From assembly GCA_003161635.1 (NCBI GenBank), contig PMOA01000050.1, forward strand, positions 3,091 through 67,090: a stretch of 64,000 bases of DNA, written 5' to 3'. The translations under genes and the position numbers were made by a program. Below the pieces are notes generated by a model. That model had not been told where the DNA came from. It ran no database searches and saw nothing but the letters and a program-made list of their open reading frames with translations. Positions 1 through 9,145 of this stretch are shown here, piece by piece (position 1 is the first letter of the stretch; every line of letters begins with the position of its first letter). Origin of the DNA: Limisphaerales bacterium (GTDB taxonomy: Bacteria; Verrucomicrobiota; Verrucomicrobiia; Limisphaerales; UBA11358).

Positions 1-227
<227 letters not shown>

Positions 228-289
228 CTTAAAAATTCCGGGAACGCAGACAAACTGTCCACGTTCCCGGTCCCCACAAGACCTTGCTT

Positions 290-320
290 AAAAACCCGCG
301 CTACGCCCGGCGTAAACGCG
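290..320 (-). terminator. possible intrinsic terminator downstream of 435..773
   Basis: On the minus strand, an imperfect hairpin CGCGTTTACGCC-G-GGCGTAGCGCG is followed by GGTTTTT. It lies about 115 nt after the stop codon, so support is weak. Confidence 0.3.
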
Positions 321-434
321 AATTCAATGCAAAAAAAGGCGCGGCGAGAAGCTGTTGGCGCGAGCGTCAGATATTTCGCTCGAGCCAACGGCTCCCCGCA
401 CACGCCCGTGTCCCCACTTCAAGCTGGCGCGATT

Positions 435-773
435 TCATACGGCGAGCAGTTCGCGGCTGCTCTCGAAAATGCGCGCCTGGCGTTCAGCCTGGCGGAGGGC
501 AGCTTGGGTTTTTTCCTCGAACAGCACCGGGAACACCAGCAAGGGGTAAAGTGTCGCCCATGCCAGCGCCGCCGCGTCGTTGGCCGCGCGCCGCAACGGA
601 GGGTTCAGTTCCGGCGTCGGCGCTTCGGCCAATTGCCGCGCGAGCAAACGGCTTTTGAGCCGCTCGAACTCGGTTTCCTGCGTGGCGCGAAACGGCGCCG
701 GCGAAGCCGGTCGCACTTCGAACCGCGTTTCGAGGCCGAACCTGGCCGGCACCCGTGTTTCATTTTTGTTCAT
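435..773 (-). CDS. hypothetical protein (112 aa)
   Basis: ATG-initiated ORF with a charged N-half and a hydrophobic segment (WATLYPLLVFPVLF). I prefer it to the overlapping plus-strand ORFs (284..658, 327..824), whose products are Arg/Pro-rich low complexity. No family recognised. Confidence 0.5.
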   Translation of the reverse strand: MNKNETRVPARFGLETRFEVRPASPAPFRATQETEFERLKSRLLARQLAEAPTPELNPPLRRAANDAAALAWATLYPLLVFPVLFEEKTQAALRQAERQARIFESSRELLAV

Positions 774-810
774 GTTTTTTCCTTTCGTTTGGTTTGGGTT
801 AAAAAGCGAA

Positions 811-841
811 AAACCCGCGATTGACTGGCAATCGCGGGTTT
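811..841. terminator. perfect 13-bp-stem hairpin, potentially a bidirectional intrinsic terminator
   Basis: AAACCCGCGATTG-ACTGG-CAATCGCGGGTTT is flanked by AAAAAGCGA upstream and TTAAAAATTT downstream, giving a T-run after the stem on both strands. Confidence 0.5.
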
Positions 842-1087
842 TTAAAAATTTGTCCTTTTAAATCAGAACTTCACTCCCTCGATGCCAGAACGCCGGCAGA
901 CGCGCGTCCAAATGGACATGCGTCCGTTGGTCTGCGCGTGCTTCAGCGTTGGAGCAAATGTGTTTTTCATATTCAACCGCGGGGAAGAAACACCATTTGG
1001 GCACGTTTGTCAAAAAGTTTTTTGTTTTGAAAAGCAGCCTTTCTCAAGGCTTGTCGGATGGAAAAGTAGTGTTAAATTGGTTCAAGC

Positions 1088-2086
1088 ATGAGCGAACAAT
1101 TACGAATGGTCACATGCGGGTGGTGTGAGACGAAGGTCTTTATTCCCGGCGACCTGGAGCCGTTGGGCTCCGTGCCGTGTAACAAGTGCGGGCATCCCAT
1201 CATGATGCCCATGATGATCCGGCAATTCGAGTTGCGGAGCGTCGTCGGTTCGGGGGGCATGGGCACGGTCTATCGTGCCTGGGATACGACACTGGAGCGC
1301 ATGGTGGCGGTGAAGTTGATGCGGAAGGAATTGCTCACCGATCAGAACGCACTGGAAAGTTTTTATCGCGAAGCCCGCGCCTGTGCCCGGCTCAACCATA
1401 CGAATATCGTTCACATTTACTCCTTCGACGACTGGGAGGGCCAACAGTATCTCGTGATGGAGCTGGCCGATCATGGCAGCCTGGACGCGCGCATTGAGAA
1501 ACTACGCCTGCTGCAGGAACTGGACATGCTCGACATCGGCGTCAAAATCGCCTCCGCGCTCGACATGGCGCTCAAGCACGACTTGCTCCACCGCGACATC
1601 AAGCCGGGCAATATTTTGTTCAACGCGGACCACGAACCAAAGCTGATTGACTTCGGCCTCGCCCGCAAAGCCGACGTGGAACACGAAGTGGAGGACGTGA
1701 CGTGGGGCACGCCGTATTACGTCGCGCCCGAAAAAATCAAGCGCGAGCCGGAAACTTTTCTGTCCGATATGTACAGCCTCGGCGCCACGCTCTATCACGC
1801 GATGACCGGTCATGTGCCGTTTGAAGCACCGACGGTCGAGGAAGTAATCACTGCCCAGGTGCAAACGCCCCTGACGCCGCCGAATCTGGTCGTGCCTGAA
1901 ATCACGCAGCCCACCAGCGATGCGCTGGTGAAGGCAATGGCAAAAAATCCCGCGGAACGTTTCCTGAGCTATGACGAATTCATCATGGCGCTGACGGCGG
2001 CGCGCAGCCAGTTGCTCGTGATGCAAAATCAATCGCCGCAGGCGCAAAAGTCCAAAAGTCTCACCAGTTGGTGGAAGCGGGCATAA
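1088..2086 (+). CDS. Hanks-type Ser/Thr protein kinase with N-terminal zinc ribbon
   Basis: CGWC..(17)..CNKC zinc ribbon, followed by GSGGMGTVY (Gly loop), AVK (catalytic Lys), HRDIKPGNILF, DFGLA and GTPYYVAPE. Confidence 0.9.
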   Translation: MSEQLRMVTCGWCETKVFIPGDLEPLGSVPCNKCGHPIMMPMMIRQFELRSVVGSGGMGTVYRAWDTTLERMVAVKLMRKELLTDQNALESFYREARACARLNHTNIVHIYSFDDWEGQQYLVMELADHGSLDARIEKLRLLQELDMLDIGVKIASALDMALKHDLLHRDIKPGNILFNADHEPKLIDFGLARKADVEHEVEDVTWGTPYYVAPEKIKREPETFLSDMYSLGATLYHAMTGHVPFEAPTVEEVITAQVQTPLTPPNLVVPEITQPTSDALVKAMAKNPAERFLSYDEFIMALTAARSQLLVMQNQSPQAQKSKSLTSWWKRA

Positions 2087-2088
2087 AA

Positions 2089-2112
2089 AAGGCGGGCGTT
2101 GCCGCCCGCCTT
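2089..2112. terminator. hairpin between convergent genes (best fit as terminator of 2137..2568)
   Basis: AAGGCGGGCG-TTGC-CGCCCGCCTT is a 10-bp perfect stem. On the minus strand it is followed by TTTTTTAT. Confidence 0.6.
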
Positions 2113-2136
2113 GAAGATTCAAAAAACTCCGGACCA

Positions 2137-2568
2137 TTAATGGCTGCCACCGGTGCCCGAAGTTTCCTTCTTTTTCATTTCGGCTTTGGCGCCGAAGTGG
2201 ACGTTGTTAGCGTTGAGTTTGCCATCGTTGGTTTTCTTGTAAGCGCCACTGACCAGCTCTCCCACCACGCCGTCAGCCAGTGTGGCCAACTTGCCATCCC
2301 TGGTAATCATGGTGTCGGACGTGACTTGCAGCGTGAGCGTGCCCACGGTAAGCGTCATCGCCTTCGTGTCCACCGCGCTCAGGTTGCCATGGAAGGGCAG
2401 GTTGCCATGTTTCGGCTTGGCGGGGGTTTGGTCGGACGACGCCGGTGCGTTCGTGCTGGTGCCTTCCGCGCGCGATAACGCGGGCATTGCGACGAGAGCC
2501 GCGGCAAAGAGGCTCAGGACTGTGATTTTAGAGATATTTTTTGTCATAATGGTTGATGGTTTGTCCAA
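2137..2568 (-). CDS. secreted hypothetical protein
   Basis: Signal-peptide-like N-terminus (ITVLSLFAAALVAMPALSRAEG), a beta-rich body and a Lys-rich tail. The start could instead be the internal ATG at 2547. Confidence 0.7.
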   Translation of the reverse strand: MDKPSTIMTKNISKITVLSLFAAALVAMPALSRAEGTSTNAPASSDQTPAKPKHGNLPFHGNLSAVDTKAMTLTVGTLTLQVTSDTMITRDGKLATLADGVVGELVSGAYKKTNDGKLNANNVHFGAKAEMKKKETSGTGGSH

Positions 2569-2626
2569 TTATTCGTTACGAAAAACAAAGCAGAATACGA
2601 ATTGGTCCCAACAAATCCAACTGTTT

Positions 2627-3139
2627 TTACCACACGCCTTCGGTCAGCAATTCCGTGACGTTTCGCGCCAGATCTTCCGCCAGCAGCGGCAGCGACTGGC
2701 GCTCCGAGTCCACCAAATCCGTGCCAACATGAATCAGCGTGTAGCCGTTCACGGGTTTGTCGAACAACACTTTGCCCGTGACGCGTTCGCGCGCGATGAC
2801 GCGCGCGGTGATGCCAACCCGGTAATTCTCCGTCGTTGTGACGTCATTGTTCAAATAGCTCAACCCTTCACGGTTGTAGCGCGTAAGCACACCGCTGACG
2901 ACGACGTCACCGGGACCGTGCGTGGCGAGGTGGTAAGTGCCGTCGGTTTGGAGCCGTTCACGCAACGCCTGGGTGACCGCGTCGCCGAGCCGCGGTTGAA
3001 GCGTCTGGTTGTTGAACGGCAAAACTTCAACCGACTTTTCACCCGCGACCGCGCCGTTGACCGGGCCGAGATGATAGCCGGCGCAACCGGCGAGCAACGC
3101 CGCCACCACGGAAACGGCAAAAATTTCCGGCAGACGCAT
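2627..3139 (-). CDS. lptE: LPS-assembly lipoprotein LptE-like
   Basis: Starts at ATG 3139 (MRLPEIFAVSVVAALLAGCAGYHLGP). The lipobox LAGC followed by GYHL resembles the LptE N-terminus. The longer track ORF (to 3496) would overlap the upstream gene. Confidence 0.6.
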   Translation of the reverse strand: MRLPEIFAVSVVAALLAGCAGYHLGPVNGAVAGEKSVEVLPFNNQTLQPRLGDAVTQALRERLQTDGTYHLATHGPGDVVVSGVLTRYNREGLSYLNNDVTTTENYRVGITARVIARERVTGKVLFDKPVNGYTLIHVGTDLVDSERQSLPLLAEDLARNVTELLTEGVW

Positions 3140-3140
3140 T

Positions 3141-4133
3141 TCAATTGGCGGTTGACGCTTGAACGCGCGGTTTGAGGGCTTCAATGCGCTGGCGCGCGGA
3201 CGCGGCGTAAGGCGAGTTTGGATCCAATTGCAGCACTTCGTTGTAATAAACCAGCGAGCCGTTCCATTTCTTGCTCTTTTCGTAGAATTGCGCGATTTCA
3301 AAATTACCGCGCACCTGTTCAGCCTTGAGCACGGCAATGGCTTTTTGCGCCTGCGGCACGCGCTTATCGTCGGGATAAAGCGTGATGAAATCAGTGAACG
3401 TCGCAATCGCCTGCACCGCGGTGTTTTGGTCGTATTCAGCTTTCGCCGCCTGCCGCGCATACGAAACGCTTTCACGGAACAGCGCGTCGGAGGCAATGGC
3501 CGGCAGGTTGTAGTAACGATCGGCGGCGGTGGCGTAAGCCTTCACCGCATCGGGATAATTTTTCTCCTTTTCGCGCGCAGCGCCGATGCGCAATTGCGCG
3601 TGCGCGGCGACGTCGCTGTAAGGGCCGTTGTTGACGACCTTGTCAAACATTTGCGCCGTTTGACTCATCGAGCGATACAGCGGGAGGTAACCCCAGAAGA
3701 TTCTGAACCGCTGGCCGCCGAGGAAACGGTTGGCGATTTCATACTGCCGCCAGAGCACTTCTTCATAGCGACTGCTGCGCGGATATTTTTCGATGATGTT
3801 TTGGTAGGCTTTGAATGCGGCTTCATCATTGCCTGTCGCCTCGAGGCAGCGGCCAATGAGATATTCCGCGTCCGGCGCGTAGTCTGACAACGGCCACACG
3901 CGCAAGACGCGGTGCGCGGCATGGAGCGTGGTGTTGTAGTCGTTCTTGGCGAAAGCCTGCTCCGCAACGTCCAATTGTTCCTTGGCACGGGTGCGCTGCC
4001 ACTTGGTGTTCTGGCCATACAGCTCGTAATACCAGCCTTCGCCCGGCACATAGAATAACGGCGCGGGCGCGCGAAACGGAAACAACACCACGGCCGCAGC
4101 GACCAGGAACAGGAAACCAAACCGGCGATTCAT
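3141..4133 (-). CDS. bamD: TPR-repeat outer-membrane assembly factor BamD/YfiO-like
   Basis: Hydrophobic N-terminus from ATG 4133 (MNRRFGFLFLVAAAVVL). Repeated TPR-like helices carry Y/W/A patterns (AEQAFAKNDYNTTL, AEYLIGRCLEATGNDEAAFKAYQNIIEKYP, NFEIAQFYEKSKKWNGSLVYYNEVL). It lies 1 nt upstream of the lptE-like gene. Confidence 0.6.
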   Translation of the reverse strand: MNRRFGFLFLVAAAVVLFPFRAPAPLFYVPGEGWYYELYGQNTKWQRTRAKEQLDVAEQAFAKNDYNTTLHAAHRVLRVWPLSDYAPDAEYLIGRCLEATGNDEAAFKAYQNIIEKYPRSSRYEEVLWRQYEIANRFLGGQRFRIFWGYLPLYRSMSQTAQMFDKVVNNGPYSDVAAHAQLRIGAAREKEKNYPDAVKAYATAADRYYNLPAIASDALFRESVSYARQAAKAEYDQNTAVQAIATFTDFITLYPDDKRVPQAQKAIAVLKAEQVRGNFEIAQFYEKSKKWNGSLVYYNEVLQLDPNSPYAASARQRIEALKPRVQASTAN

Positions 4134-4185
4134 GTGGCGACAATAACGACCCGAAATCGGCAAGTCAAGGCGGGTGCAACCAGTA

Positions 4186-4698
4186 TCATCCCCGATACAA
4201 AACCATCACGCCATAATCCGTCAGTAGCTTTTGCGTGCCGACGTCAAAATGCGAGTAGCTGACCGTGTGAACGCCGATGAGATTGGCCTCGCCGACTTCA
4301 TGCAAAAATTCCGTAACCTTTTCATCAAACTTGTCGTGGCCCGCTTCAATGCACATGTTGTGGCGGATCGTCCGGACCCGGACTTTTTTGTCAGCGCCCC
4401 TGGCCACCGCTTCCAATGGCGGTTTCGGTTTGGCAATGAGAACCTCGCCCGGCTTGTCCCGCACGGGCACCTTGAGGTGCATTTCGATTTTGGCGGCGGC
4501 GGACGAGGCGATGGTGTGGCTGGCTTGAGAGCCGCCGCCAACCGCTCCCGCCGGGGCGGATTCAGGAGCGGGCGGCGTTGCTGCTGACGGAATCGTAATT
4601 TTCGCGCCGCACGACGGGCACTGGATTTCCGAGCCAGCGCCGGAATTGTCCACGGCCATTTCCTGTTCGCAATGAGGGCAATTGAAGATGATGTCCAT
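4186..4698 (-). CDS. zinc-ribbon protein, function unknown
   Basis: N-terminal CPHC..(17)..CPSC ribbon, an Ala/Pro-rich linker and a globular C-terminal half. Confidence 0.7.
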   Translation of the reverse strand: MDIIFNCPHCEQEMAVDNSGAGSEIQCPSCGAKITIPSAATPPAPESAPAGAVGGGSQASHTIASSAAAKIEMHLKVPVRDKPGEVLIAKPKPPLEAVARGADKKVRVRTIRHNMCIEAGHDKFDEKVTEFLHEVGEANLIGVHTVSYSHFDVGTQKLLTDYGVMVLYRG

Positions 4699-4770
4699 AA
4701 GCCGGAATAAAGTTTGTATGTCCAGATTAAACCCACAGCCCGCCGCAAACCAGCAAAAAATCGCGCCGTT

Positions 4771-6312
4771 TTACTCCCACTCGATCGTCCCCGGCGGCTT
4801 GCTGGTGATGTCAAACACACACCGATTCACGCCTTTGACTTCGTTGATGATGCGGCTGGCGAGTTTCTCCAGCAATGCGTAGGGCAGTTTCACCCAGTCT
4901 GCCGTCATGCCGTCCTGCGATTCCACCGCGCGGATGGCGATGGTGTAATCATAAGTCCGTTCGTCGCCCATCACGCCCACGCTGCGCACGGGCAGTAATA
5001 CCGCGAAGCTCTGCCAGATTTTGTAGTAAAGCCCATTCGACTTCATTTCCTCAACGACGATGGCGTCGGCGTTCCGCAAAATCGCGCAGCGCTCCGGCGT
5101 CACTTCACCGAGAATGCGCACGGCGAGTCCCGGTCCGGGAAACGGCTGGCGCAAAACAATTTCCTTCGGCAAGCCGAGTTCGAGCCCGAGCTGGCGCACC
5201 TCGTCCTTGAACAGGCATTTCAGCGGCTCAACGAGCGCGAATTTCATTTTCTTCGGCAGCCCGCCGACATTGTGATGGCTCTTGATGAGCGCGGCGGGAT
5301 TGCCGTCAATCGGCACGGACTCGATCACGTCGGGATAGAGCGTTCCTTGCGCGAGAAATTTCGTCTTGCCCGCATGCTGGGCCGCATTCTGAAAAACTTC
5401 GATGAACGTCTTGCCGATGATCTTCCGTTTGCGTTCGGGTTCGGTCACGCCTTTGAGCCGTTTCAAAAACAGCTTCGAGGCGTCTTCGTATTGCAGTTTG
5501 ATTTTGAAATTGCGCCCGAAAACTTCCTGCACGACTTCCGCCTCGCGTCCGCGCAACAGGCCGTTGTTGACGAAAATGCAGGTCAGTTGGTCGCCGATGG
5601 CTTTGTGCAGCAACGCCGCCGCCACGCTCGAATCCACGCCGCCACTCAAGCCGAGAATCACTTTTTCCGTCCCAACCTGGGTGCGGATTTCCTCGACGGC
5701 TCGCTCAACGTAATTCCGCATCGTCCAGTTTTTGCCACAGCCACAAACGCCGTGGACGAAATTGGCGATGATTTCCCTGCCGCGCGTTGTGTGGACGACT
5801 TCGGGATGAAATTGCAGGCCGAAAAATTTCCGCGCGCGGTTTTCGATGGCGGCGTATTCGGAGTTTTCGGTGACGGCGACGGATTTGAAATCGCGCGGCA
5901 GTTTCGTGAGCTTGTCGCCGTGCGAATTCCAGACCTGCAACTTTTCCGGCAGATTGCCGAACAGCGCGCACGACGCGTCCTTCACTGTGAGCACACCTTT
6001 GCCGTATTCGCGTTTCTGGCCTTTCTCGACCTTGCCGCCGAGAAACTGCGCGAACAATTGCACGCCGTAACAGATGCCGAGCACAGGCACGCCGAGCGCG
6101 AAAATATTCTTGTCCGACAACGGCGCATTTTTGGCATACACGCTGGACGGACCGCCGGACAAAATGATGCCACTGGGCGCCAGCGCGGCGATTTCCACCG
6201 CCGGAGTGTCGTGGCACAGAATGACGGAATACACGTTGCATTCGCGGATGCGCCGCGCAATCACCTGTGTGTATTGCGAACCAAAATCAAGGATGACAAT
6301 TTGTTCGGTCAT
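4771..6312 (-). CDS. guaA: GMP synthase (glutamine-hydrolysing)
   Basis: Full-length 513 aa. GATase domain ([27 protein letters not shown]), ATP-PPase SGGVDSS loop, and C-terminal KPPGTIEWE. Confidence 0.97.
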   Translation of the reverse strand: MTEQIVILDFGSQYTQVIARRIRECNVYSVILCHDTPAVEIAALAPSGIILSGGPSSVYAKNAPLSDKNIFALGVPVLGICYGVQLFAQFLGGKVEKGQKREYGKGVLTVKDASCALFGNLPEKLQVWNSHGDKLTKLPRDFKSVAVTENSEYAAIENRARKFFGLQFHPEVVHTTRGREIIANFVHGVCGCGKNWTMRNYVERAVEEIRTQVGTEKVILGLSGGVDSSVAAALLHKAIGDQLTCIFVNNGLLRGREAEVVQEVFGRNFKIKLQYEDASKLFLKRLKGVTEPERKRKIIGKTFIEVFQNAAQHAGKTKFLAQGTLYPDVIESVPIDGNPAALIKSHHNVGGLPKKMKFALVEPLKCLFKDEVRQLGLELGLPKEIVLRQPFPGPGLAVRILGEVTPERCAILRNADAIVVEEMKSNGLYYKIWQSFAVLLPVRSVGVMGDERTYDYTIAIRAVESQDGMTADWVKLPYALLEKLASRIINEVKGVNRCVFDITSKPPGTIEWE

Positions 6313-6352
6313 TTTTCAGAGGCATCCTCTTTGCCTGCCGAAAGGCGCTTTG

Positions 6353-6392
6353 GCGAGACAAAAAAACAAAAACACCAGCCGGTTCCGGCTGG
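6353..6392 (-). terminator. intrinsic terminator of 6429..6800
   Basis: CCAGCCGG-TT-CCGGCTGG stem, followed on the minus strand by TGTTTTTGTTTTTTTG. Confidence 0.5.
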
Positions 6393-6428
6393 CTGTCCCG
6401 GACAATTTTTGTGGAGGCAACGCGAAAT

Positions 6429-6800
6429 TTACTGCTGCACCACTTTGACCTGGCCGGTATTCGGGTCATAGTCGAGTTTCGTTCCGTAAGACGTCGCCGG
6501 CAGTTTGCCCACATAATTCGGCACCAGTTCATTCAGGTCTGTGGGCAAACGGCCTTCCTGCGTCTTGAACAGTTCGACAGCCTCGTTGAGATACGACACG
6601 TCAATCGTCTTGACCGCGTATTTGTCGGCTTGCATTAACGCGCCCAGATAGCCCCCCGACGGCGCAGCGGGATGGGCGCTGTCCGTTGTGTTGGTGGTTT
6701 GACTGGTGTTGGTGCCCTGGGGATGAGGACTGGAATTGTTATTGCCGCAACCGGCCAGAAGCAATCCGGCCGCAACCGAAATCAAGAAGGACGGTTTCAT
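6429..6800 (-). CDS. lipoprotein, function unknown
   Basis: MKPSFLISVAAGLLLAGCG lipobox, followed by an Asn/Ser/Thr-rich linker. Confidence 0.7.
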   Translation of the reverse strand: MKPSFLISVAAGLLLAGCGNNNSSPHPQGTNTSQTTNTTDSAHPAAPSGGYLGALMQADKYAVKTIDVSYLNEAVELFKTQEGRLPTDLNELVPNYVGKLPATSYGTKLDYDPNTGQVKVVQQ

Positions 6801-6950
6801 GCCGGCAATTTAACCCAAACTGCGAAAAATCCAAGCCGAACTTGGGCTGGGCGATTTGGTTGCAGCGTCGGGCTTGTGGCTCGATCCTTTCGGCCATCCG
6901 CCTTCGCGGCGCCAAAGCACCGCTACGGCGCGACGGCGGCAGGCCGAACG

Positions 6951-9026
6951 CTACGCCATTTTCGCCGCCAACTCGCGCGCCTGCAGGATCAAATCGAGAT
7001 CGTCAGCCAGATTGCCGAAACGGAATTTCGGCAAACCGCTTTGCTGCTGACCGAGCAACTCGCCCGGCCCGCGCAATTTCAAGTCCGTCTCCGCGATGCG
7101 AAAACCATCGTTCGTTTCCTCCAGCACTTTCAAGCGTTCATTCGCCCCGGCAGTTTCCGCGTCGGAAACCAAAATGCAATACGACTCATGTGCGCCGCGT
7201 CCGATGCGCCCGCGCAACTGGTGAAGTTGTGCCAGCCCGAACGCCTCGGCGTTTTCGACGAGCATGACCGTGGCGTTCGGCACATCCACGCCGACCTCGA
7301 TGAGCGAAGTCGCGAGCAATGCGTTCACCCCGCCGGCACGAAATTCCGTCATTACCTCGTCTTTTTCGCGGCTCTTTAATCGCCCGTGCAGCAACCCGAC
7401 GCGAAATGGCGCAAGCAAAGTTTTCAAATTTTCAAATTCTTCCGTCACCGCTTTCAAACCTTTCCCGCCCGATTCTTCGACGCGAGGATAAACCACATAA
7501 GCCTGTCGCCCGGCGGCGAGTTGTTCGCGGATAAACTCCCAAACCTTCGGCAATTTGTCAGCCGTGCGGATGAACGTTTTGATTTGGCCGCGGCCACCGG
7601 GCAATTCGTCAATCACCGACACCTCGAGGTCGCCGTAAAGCGTGAGGCCGAGCGTGCGCGGAATCGGCGTCGCCGTCATCACGAGCAAATGCGGATAACG
7701 ACCTTTGCGCACAAGCTGTTCGCGCTGTGCCACACCAAACTTGTGCTGCTCGTCAATGATGACCAGGCCCAGCTTCGGCAGATCAAAACCGGACTCAATG
7801 AGCGCGTGGGTGCCGATGAACAAGGTTGAAGGTTGCGTGTTGCGTGTTGCGTGATTCGCGCACGCCGTTCGTTGGACGTTGGACGTTCGATGTTCGATGT
7901 TCGATGTTTTCCTGTTCCCCGTTTGCAACTCGACTTTGACTTCCAGTGGTTCAAACCACCTCTGAAAATTGGTGTAGTGCTGTTCCGCCAGAATTTCCGT
8001 CGGGGCCATGAGCGCGACATTAAAGCCGCTTTCCAACGCCATCAGCGCCGTGCAAGCAGCCACGGCGGTTTTGCCCGAACCGACATCGCCTTGCAGCAAC
8101 CGCCGCATCGGATGCGCGCCGCCCATGTCCTTGCGGATTTCGCGCAGCACTTTCGTTTGCGCATCGGTAAGCTTGAAGCCGAGCCGGGCAAGAAACGGTT
8201 TGATGAGGCGATTGTTGCCGCCGCACGGCAGCGCCGCTGCGTGCGATTCAAATTTTTTCCGCCGCTTTTGGATTTGAACCTGCAATTCAATGAACTCGTC
8301 CAGCGCCAGCCGCCGGCGCGCAATTTCCACATCGGTCAGTTCTTCGGGGAAATGAATCATTCGAACCGCATTGGCGCGGCTTGGAAATGTAGCGGCGACT
8401 CGGGAGAGCGCCGCCATCTTTTCTTCCACTGCATTCCACTCAGGGAAATTGGCCGCGCTCTCACGAGACGCGGCTACAAACCTTTCCAGCGTGCGCCAGA
8501 TCAGCCCGCGCAGCCAGCGTTGCGGCAGGCCATCAGTGAGCGGATACACGGGCGCGATGCGGTTGATGTGGATGAAGCTTTCCTCGCCGCCTTCGATGAC
8601 TTCGGTTTCGGGATGAGTCATCACGCGCGGTTTGGTTTCGCTCAATTTGCCGTAAACAAAAACCTCGTCGCCCATGGCAAAATAATTTTGCATGAACGGC
8701 AGGTTCCACCAGCGGCAATGCAACCGCGCCGAGCCGTCGTCGAGAATGATTTCAAAAACAGACTTGTCGCCGCCGCGAAAACGCCTCAGGCCGGATGCGA
8801 CAATCGTGCCGCGCGCCGTGGCCGGTTCATCCTTCGTGAGTTCGGCGATTTTGCGGAAATGCCGGCGGTCTTCATAACGCCGCGGGCAGTGCAACAACAA
8901 ATCCTCGATGTTATGGATGTCGAGGCGCGCAAGTTGAGCCGCGCGTTCCGCGCCGACACCCCAGAGCGAACCCACCAGAGCGGCGAGCGGAGAAGTCTTG
9001 GATTCCGACGGCGACATTGGCCGCAC
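6951..9026 (-). CDS. recG: ATP-dependent DNA helicase RecG
   Basis: Wedge domain, GDVGSGKT (motif I), IIDEQHKFG (motif II), MTATPIPRT and QLHQLRGRIGRG (motif VI). The start is GTG 9026 or ATG 9017. The gene contains an in-frame repeat-encoded segment (see findings). Confidence 0.93.
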   Translation of the reverse strand: MRPMSPSESKTSPLAALVGSLWGVGAERAAQLARLDIHNIEDLLLHCPRRYEDRRHFRKIAELTKDEPATARGTIVASGLRRFRGGDKSVFEIILDDGSARLHCRWWNLPFMQNYFAMGDEVFVYGKLSETKPRVMTHPETEVIEGGEESFIHINRIAPVYPLTDGLPQRWLRGLIWRTLERFVAASRESAANFPEWNAVEEKMAALSRVAATFPSRANAVRMIHFPEELTDVEIARRRLALDEFIELQVQIQKRRKKFESHAAALPCGGNNRLIKPFLARLGFKLTDAQTKVLREIRKDMGGAHPMRRLLQGDVGSGKTAVAACTALMALESGFNVALMAPTEILAEQHYTNFQRWFEPLEVKVELQTGNRKTSNIEHRTSNVQRTACANHATRNTQPSTLFIGTHALIESGFDLPKLGLVIIDEQHKFGVAQREQLVRKGRYPHLLVMTATPIPRTLGLTLYGDLEVSVIDELPGGRGQIKTFIRTADKLPKVWEFIREQLAAGRQAYVVYPRVEESGGKGLKAVTEEFENLKTLLAPFRVGLLHGRLKSREKDEVMTEFRAGGVNALLATSLIEVGVDVPNATVMLVENAEAFGLAQLHQLRGRIGRGAHESYCILVSDAETAGANERLKVLEETNDGFRIAETDLKLRGPGELLGQQQSGLPKFRFGNLADDLDLILQARELAAKMA
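7825..7908. repeat. two heptanucleotide tandem arrays inside recG
   Basis: 7825-7852 holds GTTGAAG plus GTTGCGT x3. 7871-7905 holds GTTGGAC x2 plus GTTCGAT x3. An 18-nt spacer separates them. Confidence 0.9.
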
Positions 9027-9065
9027 GATACAAACCGTTCACCGCCGCTTCAACGGGAAAGCAGT

Positions 9066-9119
9066 GTTGGAGTTCAAGCTTTAGCTTGTTCGGGGACACG
9101 CTGAAGCGTGAACTCCAAC
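9066..9119. repeat. palindromic intergenic element
   Basis: GTTGGAGTTCA ... TGAACTCCAAC are 11-bp arms around an internally self-complementary core. It lies between the recG start and the 3' end of the next gene. Confidence 0.6.
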
Positions 9120-9145
9120 GCGGACAAGCTGTCCGCGCGCCGGAC

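Noticed and set aside
327-824. 165-aa plus-strand ORF overlapping 435..773
   Set aside because: The product is Arg/Pro/Ala-rich low complexity. The minus-strand ORF gives a more protein-like sequence, but neither has a recognised family, so this choice stays uncertain.
2627-3496. N-terminal extensions suggested by the ORF track for several genes (2627..3496, 9146..9964, 14667..15497, 15451.., 16820.., 46333..47232, 48120..49172, 51118..52500, 40773..41969)
   Set aside because: The extensions overlap the upstream gene or encode Arg-rich junk. Internal ATG/GTG codons give proper signal peptides, lipoboxes or family-typical N-termini, and those starts were used instead.
5272-6471. 399-aa plus-strand ORF opposite guaA
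   Set aside because: It is fully antisense to an unmistakable guaA. The product is Arg/Ala/Asp-rich with no motifs, which is typical of a high-GC shadow ORF.
7825-7908. Possibility that the tandem repeats (here, at 24877-24966 and at 39790-40329) are CRISPR arrays
   Set aside because: The units are 7-21 nt with no unique spacers of 25-40 nt, they lie inside or next to CDSs, and no cas genes are present.
7833-9104. 423-aa plus-strand ORF opposite recG (begins MRVACCVIRARRSLDVGRSMFDVRC)
   Set aside because: It is antisense to recG and starts inside the heptamer repeat array. It is low complexity with no recognisable domain.
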